41,775 bases of DNA from a virus: the IMG/VR virus record IMGVR_UViG_3300002461_000190; one strand, given 5' to 3'. Positions 31,430 through 38,942 of the stretch are shown here, one piece after another (within the stretch, counting starts at the first letter, position 1; each line of letters starts with the position of its first letter). The position numbers were made by a program, and so were the translations under genes. The notes under the pieces are model-generated. The model was not told the DNA's origin. It did no database searches and saw only the letters and a program-made list of their open reading frames with translations.

Positions 31430-31744
31430 GTGACCGCTTTCGATCTTGCGGCGAAGGCAATCCTTGCCGACGCCAACATGGCTTCCGACGCGATCTATCG
31501 CGCCGGGGGCCAAGGCGCGGGCGTGACCGTCCGCGCTATCCGCCGCGCCCCTGACCGGGCGGCGACCTTCGGGGACGGGCGGTTTCTGTCTGACACGGTT
31601 CTTCTGGACGTCGCCGTCGCGGATATCCCGACGCTGGAAAAGGGAGACACGTTCCAGCTAGGCGCGGTCGTCTACACTGTCCGAAGCGATCCGGCCCGCG
31701 ACGTCGAACGCTTGTTCTGGACCGCAGAGGTCCGCGAAGAATGA
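31430..31744 (+). CDS. Head-tail joining / head completion protein candidate
   Basis: Call based on position and size. GTG start. Confidence 0.45.
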   Translation: MTAFDLAAKAILADANMASDAIYRAGGQGAGVTVRAIRRAPDRAATFGDGRFLSDTVLLDVAVADIPTLEKGDTFQLGAVVYTVRSDPARDVERLFWTAEVREE

Positions 31745-32385
31745 AGGGCACGATCAAGATTGACGGCGACTTCCGGGCGATCTTCGGGACTTCGATCCTT
31801 GAAGGAAAGCGGGCCGTGACTCGGGCCGTTTCGACCGCCGGGGGATCGCTTCAAGGCGCATGGCGGGGCCAGATCGCAAGCGCCGGTCTGGGATCGCGGC
31901 TTCAGCGCACCATTCGGAAAAAGACCTATCCAGAGAACGGGACGTCGCTTCGGGCGGCGTCGCTGGTCTGGTCGAACGCCGGGAAGATCGTCGACGCCTT
32001 CGAACGGGGCGTCACGATCCGGTCACAGAACGGCTTTTATCTGGCGATTCCGCTTTCCGCCGCTGGATCAAGTTCCGGCGGAAAGCGCATGACCCCGGCG
32101 ATCTGGGAACGGAAGACCGGGCGGCGCCTGACATTCATCTTCCGCAATGGAAAGCCCCCGCTTCTGGTCGATACCGGGACCGTCACGCGGGCCGCGCCCC
32201 GTGTCGCCTTCGGGGAGAAACAGCGCGAACGCCGGGGCTTCAAGAACCGGACGATCCCGATCTTCGTCGTGAAGCGGACCGTCAAGCTTCCGAAGAAGCT
32301 TTCCCTTATGGCGGCGGCGGGCGCGGCACAGTCGCAGATTCCGGCGCTGATCGTCGCAAACTGGCAGGAAGGCCGGACACAATGA
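31741..32385 (+). CDS. Virion structural protein (HK97 gp10-like tail completion candidate)
   Basis: Call based on position. ATGA overlaps at both ends. Confidence 0.4.
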   Translation: MKGTIKIDGDFRAIFGTSILEGKRAVTRAVSTAGGSLQGAWRGQIASAGLGSRLQRTIRKKTYPENGTSLRAASLVWSNAGKIVDAFERGVTIRSQNGFYLAIPLSAAGSSSGGKRMTPAIWERKTGRRLTFIFRNGKPPLLVDTGTVTRAAPRVAFGEKQRERRGFKNRTIPIFVVKRTVKLPKKLSLMAAAGAAQSQIPALIVANWQEGRTQ

Positions 32386-32804
32386 GCAAACGGGAAGACG
32401 TCCTTTCGGCCCTTCTGGCGCTGATCACCGGCAACGCCGCCGGGGCGACCGTCCTTCGCAACGAAGCGTTGCCGACGCGGATTCCAGCCGGGGGGCTGGT
32501 CATTCTTCGCGACGGCGATCCGGGCGAACCGACGGTCACGCTTTCGCCCCTGACCTATATCTATGATCACCTTGCGGACCTGGAAATCATCGTCCAGAAT
32601 TCGGCCACACAGGAAACAGAGTTCGACGGGATTTGCGTCGCAATCGGCGCCCGGATCGAAGCGGATCGGACCCTTGGGGGTCTTTGCGATTGGGTCGAAG
32701 GGCTTGCCCCGGAACCCGCTGAAGTAATCACTGAAGGCGGCGAACCCATGAAAGCCGCTATCGTCGCAATCCGGCTGACTTACGCCACAACGAGTCCAAT
32801 CTAG
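32382..32804 (+). CDS. Tail terminator-like protein
   Basis: Internal ATG (MSKREDVLSALLALI..) overlaps the upstream stop. It lies immediately before the tail tube gene. Confidence 0.45.
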   Translation: MSKREDVLSALLALITGNAAGATVLRNEALPTRIPAGGLVILRDGDPGEPTVTLSPLTYIYDHLADLEIIVQNSATQETEFDGICVAIGARIEADRTLGGLCDWVEGLAPEPAEVITEGGEPMKAAIVAIRLTYATTSPI

Positions 32805-32817
32805 AGGAGTTAAACCG

Positions 32818-34089
32818 ATGGCCCGCCAACAAGGCGCCCGCGCGCAAATGGTCGCAACCTTTGAAAGCGTTTACGGAACGGCGCCCGGCGCCGGGTTCCG
32901 TCGCGTCCCGTTCGTTTCGACCGATCTGGGAAGCGAACAACCCCTGTTGGACAACGAAGTCTTGGGCTTCGGTCGTGATCCGTTGGCGCCGACCCTGGAC
33001 GCCTTCAGTTCCGACGGGTCCGTCGTGATCCCCATGGACCTTGAGAACCTGGGCTTCTGGCTGAAGGGCTTGTTCGGGCAACCCGTGACCGCCGCCAGCG
33101 TTGCGGCAACCGGCGCGTTCACCTTCAGCGCCCAGCCCGCCGCGAACGCGACGATCACGGTCGCCGGAACGGTCTTTACCTTCGTCGCGTCCGGCGCGAC
33201 CGGAAACCAAGTCAACATCGGGGCCAGCCTTGCCGCGACGCTGACCGCCCTTGCCGTTGCCCTGAACGCCAGCGCGGTTCCCGCTGTCGCCGCCGCGACC
33301 TATGCCGCGACCGCAACTCAACTGACCGTGACGCACGATACCCTTGGCCCGGTCGGGAACGCCTTCACCCTTGCCGCGTCTTCGGCCCCGGCGTCGAACG
33401 CGACGGTTTCGGGCGCCACCCTGACCGGCGGCGCGAACGATCACACCTTCACGTCCGGAAGCTGGACCCTGCCTTCGCTGGCAATCGAAACCCAGCTTCC
33501 CGACGTCCCCAAGTTCAGCATGTTTTCGGGCGTCGTCGTCGACGAACTGTCCTGGGAAATGAAGCGGGCCGGGCTTCTTCAGGCGACCGTGAAAATGGTC
33601 GCCCAGGGCGAGTCCATCGTCGCCGCGTCCGTCGCCGGGGCGCTGGACCCCGACCGGACCTATAAGCGGTTCGGCCATTTCAACGGGTCGATCATGCGGA
33701 ACGGCGTTTCCCTGGGGAACATCACGTCCGCCCGCGTGACCTACATGAACAACCTGGACAAGATCGAAACGATCCGGGGCGACGGGCGGATCGACGGCGC
33801 GGACCCGTCTATCGCGGCTTGCAAGGGCCAGATCGTGACGCGCTTCGCGGACCTGACCCTGTATAACCAAGCCATTGCGCAACAGGCTTGCGAACTGGAA
33901 TTCCGTCACATCATCGGGCCGGGCGAAAAGTTCGTTTATACGGCCCATGCGGTCTATCTGCCCCGCCCCCGGACGCCAATCGAAGGGCCGGGCGGGGTCG
34001 AAGCGACGTTCGACTGGCAAGCCGCCCTGGACACGTCGCCCGCCCGCATGATCACTTGCGTTCTGACGAACGCCGTCGCCAGCTATTGA
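32818..34089 (+). CDS. Major tail (tube) protein with a central Ala/Thr-rich inserted domain
   Basis: SD GAGGAG. It is the largest ORF between the connectors and the chaperones. Confidence 0.55.
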   Translation: MARQQGARAQMVATFESVYGTAPGAGFRRVPFVSTDLGSEQPLLDNEVLGFGRDPLAPTLDAFSSDGSVVIPMDLENLGFWLKGLFGQPVTAASVAATGAFTFSAQPAANATITVAGTVFTFVASGATGNQVNIGASLAATLTALAVALNASAVPAVAAATYAATATQLTVTHDTLGPVGNAFTLAASSAPASNATVSGATLTGGANDHTFTSGSWTLPSLAIETQLPDVPKFSMFSGVVVDELSWEMKRAGLLQATVKMVAQGESIVAASVAGALDPDRTYKRFGHFNGSIMRNGVSLGNITSARVTYMNNLDKIETIRGDGRIDGADPSIAACKGQIVTRFADLTLYNQAIAQQACELEFRHIIGPGEKFVYTAHAVYLPRPRTPIEGPGGVEATFDWQAALDTSPARMITCVLTNAVASY

Positions 34090-34099
34090 GGGAAAGACC

Positions 34100-34558
34100 A
34101 TGATCAGACTAAACGCCACGAACAAGCCCCGGACGATCAGTCTGGGCTATGGCGTCGAAGTGACCGTCGAACCGCTGACGTCGGCGGTCTTCGCCGCCGC
34201 CCGGAACGACCCGGCGGTCCCGGCGCTGGCGAACCCGGACAACCCCGAAGCCGGGGGCGAGGGCCGGGAAGTCGTGACGGTCGCGCTTGTGAAGGCAATC
34301 GCGATCCGCACGATCACCGATTGGAACGGGGTCGGGGACGCCGACGGGAACCCGGTCGAACCGACCGGGGATTGGGTCGGGATGCTTCTGGACCAGTGGC
34401 AGTTCTATGAAGCGTTCAACGCGAAATTCGTCGCCCCCTTCCTGTTGATGCGTCAAGAGGGAAACGGATCAGCGCCCTTGCCGACTGGCACTTCGGAAGG
34501 GGCGCAAGATACTGCGAAGGCTGCGAAGGAATCTGCCCCGACTGTCCCCGAGTCGTGA
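34100..34558 (+). CDS. Tail assembly chaperone (gpG-like)
   Basis: It lies immediately upstream of the tape measure gene. It contains the slippery heptamer G GGA AAC at 34459-34465. Confidence 0.6.
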   Translation: MIRLNATNKPRTISLGYGVEVTVEPLTSAVFAAARNDPAVPALANPDNPEAGGEGREVVTVALVKAIAIRTITDWNGVGDADGNPVEPTGDWVGMLLDQWQFYEAFNAKFVAPFLLMRQEGNGSAPLPTGTSEGAQDTAKAAKESAPTVPES

Positions 34559-34821
34559 ACCAGCCCCAAACCGTCGAAGGCGCGGCGGTTTGGGAATTGT
34601 TCGTCGCAATGACTGGTCAGGTCCGCGTTGCGCGCGGCCTGATCACCGGAGTCGACGCTGGGGCCGTCTTCCAAGTGGCGGACTCGCTGGGCGTGAACAA
34701 GTTCGTCTTGGCCGAGTTTTTCCCAAGCATAGAAGCCGCTATTGTGCGATCAATGAACGAAGCGATCCGCGAGAATAGCGAAGGCGACGGCGGGCTTATA
34801 GGGATGATGGAAGATGGCTGA
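34555..34821 (+). CDS. Tail assembly chaperone T-like part (either an independent GTG start or the -1 frameshift extension of 34100..34558)
   Basis: The ORF is in the -1 frame relative to the upstream gene, and that frame is open from 34411. Confidence 0.5.
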   Translation: MNQPQTVEGAAVWELFVAMTGQVRVARGLITGVDAGAVFQVADSLGVNKFVLAEFFPSIEAAIVRSMNEAIRENSEGDGGLIGMMEDG

Positions 34822-36769
34822 AAAAAGGGTTTCCGTCCGCCTGGGGGTCATTGGCGGGAAAGAGGTCGAAGCGACGTTCGTCGACCTGGGGAACCGGGGT
34901 TCCGCCGCGATGCAGCGGCTAGGGAACGAGTCCGAACAAGCGTTTACGAAGGTCAACACCGCCGCCCGATCCGGGTCCAGCGGGCTTCAGAACGTCGGGT
35001 TCCAGATTCAGGACTTCGCGGTTCAGGTCGGCGCCGGGACGTCCGCGACCCAAGCCCTTGCGCAACAGCTTCCGCAACTTCTGTCAGGCTTCGGGCTTCT
35101 GGGCGTTGTCCTGGGCACGGCGTCCGCGATCCTGATCCCAATCGCGGGCTACTTCTTCAGCGCGGGCGAGGAAGCCGAAACGGCGACCGATAAGGTCGAC
35201 CGGCTGACCGATGCGGTCGGGCGCCTTCAGGATATCAACGCGACCTTCGACGTCGCCGGGATCGACAAGCTGATCGCCAAATATGGCGAACTTGACGCGG
35301 CGGTCGTCCTTCTTATGAACCGGCAACGGGAACTTGCCGAGCGCGAGGCGATCACCGCCGCCCGTGACGCCGGGGCGGGTTTTGCGCCTGCCTTCGAAGA
35401 CGCTTTGGAGTATCTGCGCCAATACGAAGAAGGTCTGAACCGGATCGCGAACAATCCTGGGATTGACCAAGCCGCCGCCCAGGTCGAAGCCCTTGCGATT
35501 GCAAACGAGGCCGTTACCGAAGAATTCGGGCTGACAATCGACCAGATTCAGCAGATGGAAGCCGCCCTTCAGGCCATGGCGGGCGCGGACTCGGTTGCGG
35601 AAATGGCGGACGCGACGGCGACCCTGACCGGCCTTCTGGAAGGGTCCAGCATTGCGACGACGGAACTTGAAGGGAACCTTCTGGCGGCTGAAGACGCCCT
35701 TCGCCAGTTGAACGCGGAAGGCGACGGGATCGGCGGTTGGCTGGGCGCGGCGATTGATTGGGCCGGATCGCTGGGCGCCCGGCTATGGGACGCGGCGGCG
35801 GCGGCGGCGGCTGTCAGGGCGGCGGAAGTCAAGAACGCCCCCGTCATTGGCGGCGGGCGCGGAACCAGCATGGGCGGGCCAGCCCTGGACCCCTACGGCT
35901 TCCGCGCCCAGCTTAAAGCGGACGAAGCGGCGGGGGCGGCGGCGGCGAAGCGGGCCAGCGGCGGCGGGCGTCGTGGCGGCGGCGGCGGGGGCGGCGGCGG
36001 GGGCGGCGCCCGGTCGGAAACGAACGAACTGGAAAAGGAAGCCGAGCGCATTTTCAAGGCGACCCGGACCGAAGCCGAGAAATACGCCGCCGAACTGGCG
36101 AAGCTGGAAAAGATCAAGGCGGCGGGCCTGATCACAAATGACACTTACAACCGCCAGATCGAAGCCCTGGGCGAACAATTCGGCGCCCAAGGCAATATGA
36201 TTGATCAGATTCGGGAAAAGCTGGCGGACTTTGCCAAGGAAGCCGGAAACATCGGCGACGATATTGGCGACGCTCTGGTTAATGCCTTCGACGCCGGGGC
36301 GGACGCCGTGGCCGAGTTCGTGAAAACCGGCAAGCTGGACTTTTCGTCGCTGGTCACGAACTTTATCGCTGATCTGGCGCGCCTTGCCGCCCAGAAGTTT
36401 ATCTTCGGGCCACTGGCAAAGCTATTCGAAGGGTTCTTGGGGGGCCTGGGCGGAGGCGGCGGGCTTTTGGCCGGCATCCTTCACGAAGGCGGGATCGCGG
36501 GATCGGGCGGCGGGCGGCGGACGGTCGACCCGTCGGTCTTTGCGGGCGCGCGGCGATACCATTCCGGCGGGCTGGCGGGCGACGAAGTTCCGGCGATCCT
36601 TCAGCGCGGCGAACGGGTTCTGTCGAAGCAGGAAACCCGCGCATATGATCGCGGCGGCGCCCCGACCATCGTCTTCAATGTGAAGGACGCCGCCAGCGTC
36701 CGCCAGTCGCGTTCCCAGATTGCCGCCGATGCTTCGCGGGCGCTGTCCATGGGAAGAAGGGGTCAATAG
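34814..36769 (+). CDS. Tail tape measure protein
   Basis: 651 aa. N-terminal TM-like segment, long helical repeats, and a C-terminal ..RRYHSGGLAGDEVPAILQRGERVLS.. motif. Confidence 0.8.
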   Translation: MAEKRVSVRLGVIGGKEVEATFVDLGNRGSAAMQRLGNESEQAFTKVNTAARSGSSGLQNVGFQIQDFAVQVGAGTSATQALAQQLPQLLSGFGLLGVVLGTASAILIPIAGYFFSAGEEAETATDKVDRLTDAVGRLQDINATFDVAGIDKLIAKYGELDAAVVLLMNRQRELAEREAITAARDAGAGFAPAFEDALEYLRQYEEGLNRIANNPGIDQAAAQVEALAIANEAVTEEFGLTIDQIQQMEAALQAMAGADSVAEMADATATLTGLLEGSSIATTELEGNLLAAEDALRQLNAEGDGIGGWLGAAIDWAGSLGARLWDAAAAAAAVRAAEVKNAPVIGGGRGTSMGGPALDPYGFRAQLKADEAAGAAAAKRASGGGRRGGGGGGGGGGGARSETNELEKEAERIFKATRTEAEKYAAELAKLEKIKAAGLITNDTYNRQIEALGEQFGAQGNMIDQIREKLADFAKEAGNIGDDIGDALVNAFDAGADAVAEFVKTGKLDFSSLVTNFIADLARLAAQKFIFGPLAKLFEGFLGGLGGGGGLLAGILHEGGIAGSGGGRRTVDPSVFAGARRYHSGGLAGDEVPAILQRGERVLSKQETRAYDRGGAPTIVFNVKDAASVRQSRSQIAADASRALSMGRRGQ

Positions 36770-36770
36770 A

Positions 36771-37397
36771 ATGGCGTTCGACGAAGTTCAGTTTCCGGTA
36801 AACATCAGCCGGGGGGCGCGCGGCGGTCCCCGGCGGAAGACACAGATCGCGGCGCTGGCGAGTGGCGACGAAGAACGGAACGCAAGCTGGTTGAATTCGC
36901 GGCGGGCCTATGACGTGGCCTATGGGATCAGGTCGGCGGACGCCCTAGCGGTCGTCGTCGCCTTCTTCGAAGCCCGCAACGGGATGCTTTACGGGTTCCG
37001 GTTCAAGGACTGGTCGGACTTCAAGTCCTGTCCGCCGTCCGCGACCCCGGCGGCGACCGATCAGGAACTAGGCGCCGGGAATGGCGTCCTGACCGCGTTC
37101 CAGCTTCGCAAGGCTTACACGTCGGGCGCCCGGACCTATTCGCGGGCGATCACGAAACCAGTGTCCGGAACGGTCGTCGTCGCCCTGGACGGGGTTCCGC
37201 AAGCGACCGGCTGGACCGTCAACACCGCGACCGGGATCGTCACCTTCAGCAGCGCACCGGGGATCGGCGTCGCCGTGTCGGCGGGCTTTGAATTCGACGT
37301 TCCCGTCCGCTTCGACTCGGATATGATGGACGTAGCCCTGGACTTCGAACGTCTTGGGTCGATCACGTCCATTCCGTTGATTGAGGTTCGCAAGTGA
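36771..37397 (+). CDS. Distal tail protein (RcGTA g12-like, DUF2460)
   Basis: MAFDEVQFPVNISRGARGGPRRKTQI..NSRRAYDVAYG..FEARNGMLYGFRFKDWSDF. Confidence 0.75.
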   Translation: MAFDEVQFPVNISRGARGGPRRKTQIAALASGDEERNASWLNSRRAYDVAYGIRSADALAVVVAFFEARNGMLYGFRFKDWSDFKSCPPSATPAATDQELGAGNGVLTAFQLRKAYTSGARTYSRAITKPVSGTVVVALDGVPQATGWTVNTATGIVTFSSAPGIGVAVSAGFEFDVPVRFDSDMMDVALDFERLGSITSIPLIEVRK

Positions 37398-38278
37398 CCG
37401 CCCTTGCCCCCGCCTTTCAAGCCCACCTGAACGACGGAACGACGACGCTGGCCTGGGCTTGGCGGATCACCCGGACGGACGGTCAGGTCTTCGGGTTCAC
37501 GGATCACGACGCCGACCTGATCTTCGACGGGACGACCTTCGAATCCGAAACGGGCCTGATCCCGTCGGAAGTCCGCCAAAGCGCCGACCTTGCCGTCGAC
37601 GCCCAGGACGCCGAAGGGGTTCTGACTTCCGACCGGATCAATGAAACCGACATAGCCGACGGGCGCTGGGATAACGCGGACGTCGAAGTCTGGCGGGTCA
37701 ACTGGTCGGACACGTCGCAACGGTCGCTTCGGCGGCGCGGGTCGATTGGACAGATCAGGCGGGGGCGGCTGGCCTTCGTTGCCGAAGTTCGGTCGCTGAC
37801 CCATATCCTGGGCCAGACCGTCGGGCGGACCTATCAACCGAACTGTGACGCGGAACTAGGCGACGCCCGTTGCAACGTCGATCTGACGTCTTCGACGTAT
37901 CGGGCCGAAGGTCTGGTTACGGCGGTTCAGGACGACCGCACCTTCAGGGCGACCGGCTTGGACGGATACGAGTCTGGCTGGTTCGGGTCGGGCTTTCTGG
38001 TTTGGCTGACCGGGGCGAACGCGGGCCGGAAGGCGGAAATCGCGGTCCACACAGCGAACGGGGCTGGCGTGACCTTCGTCCTTCTGGACCTTCCCGTCCG
38101 GCCCGTGGCCGTGACCGACGGCTTTATCGTGACCGCCGGTTGCGACAAGTCGGTCGAGACTTGCGCGGCGAAGTTCGCGAACATCGACTTCTTCCGGGGC
38201 TTTCCGACGATCCCCGGACAGGAAACGGCGCTGCGCTATGCGAACGCGGCGGATGCGAATAAGGGGGAAAACCTGTGA
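37394..38278 (+). CDS. Tail hub protein (RcGTA g13-like, DUF2163/BR0599 family)
   Basis: ..HLNDGTTTLAWAWRITRTDGQVFGFTDHDADLIFDGTTFE.. Confidence 0.75.
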   Translation: MTALAPAFQAHLNDGTTTLAWAWRITRTDGQVFGFTDHDADLIFDGTTFESETGLIPSEVRQSADLAVDAQDAEGVLTSDRINETDIADGRWDNADVEVWRVNWSDTSQRSLRRRGSIGQIRRGRLAFVAEVRSLTHILGQTVGRTYQPNCDAELGDARCNVDLTSSTYRAEGLVTAVQDDRTFRATGLDGYESGWFGSGFLVWLTGANAGRKAEIAVHTANGAGVTFVLLDLPVRPVAVTDGFIVTAGCDKSVETCAAKFANIDFFRGFPTIPGQETALRYANAADANKGENL

Positions 38279-38481
38279 GTGACGCGGACGTGAAAGCCAT
38301 GGTTGACCGCTTCCTGTCTTGGAAGCTTCCGGCGAACTTCGCCCCCGACGCGGGGATCAGTTTCAAGCCGACTTACAACGATCATCTTCCGACGCCTGGG
38401 CGGCATGAACCGACCGGGACGAACCTTTTCAGCGCCGCCCAGGCGGAAGAAATGGTTCGGCATATGCTGGGCCTGAAATGA
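38275..38481 (+). CDS. Hypothetical 68-aa protein inserted between the g13- and g14-like genes
   Basis: GTGA and ATGA overlaps at its two junctions. Confidence 0.5.
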   Translation: MSDADVKAMVDRFLSWKLPANFAPDAGISFKPTYNDHLPTPGRHEPTGTNLFSAAQAEEMVRHMLGLK

Positions 38482-38942
38482 TCGGTCCAGACCGCCCGAA
38501 GATCGTCGCCAGCGCGCGTTCCTGGATCGGGACGCCCTACCATGACCAAGCGTCGGTCAAGGGCGCTGGCGTCGACTGTCTGGGCCTTGCGCGGGGCGTT
38601 TGGCGCGAAGTGATCGGCAAGGAACCGACCGCGATCCCGCCTTATTCGCGCGATTGGGGCGAGACACGCCCGACGGAAGTCCTTGCGGCTGGCGCGGCGC
38701 AATGGCTGGTCCCGATCCCGGTCGCTGAAGCCCTGGGCGGGTCCGTCATTCTGTTTCGCATGGTCCGGGGGGCTATCGCGAAGCACGTCGGAATCCTGAC
38801 CTGGGAAGGGACGTTCGTTCATGCCTTCGAAGGGATCGGCGTCGTCGAAGAACCGCTGACAAAGGCTTGGCGTCGGCGGATCGCCTTCGCCTTCGATTTT
38901 CCGGCGACCGCCGGGGCGGCTGAAGCTGAAGGGGAAGTCTAA
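38478..38942 (+). CDS. NlpC/P60 cell-wall peptidase (RcGTA g14-like)
   Basis: ..SWIGTPYHDQASVKGAGVDCLGLARGVW..AKHVGIL..FVHA.. Confidence 0.8.
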   Translation: MIGPDRPKIVASARSWIGTPYHDQASVKGAGVDCLGLARGVWREVIGKEPTAIPPYSRDWGETRPTEVLAAGAAQWLVPIPVAEALGGSVILFRMVRGAIAKHVGILTWEGTFVHAFEGIGVVEEPLTKAWRRRIAFAFDFPATAGAAEAEGEV

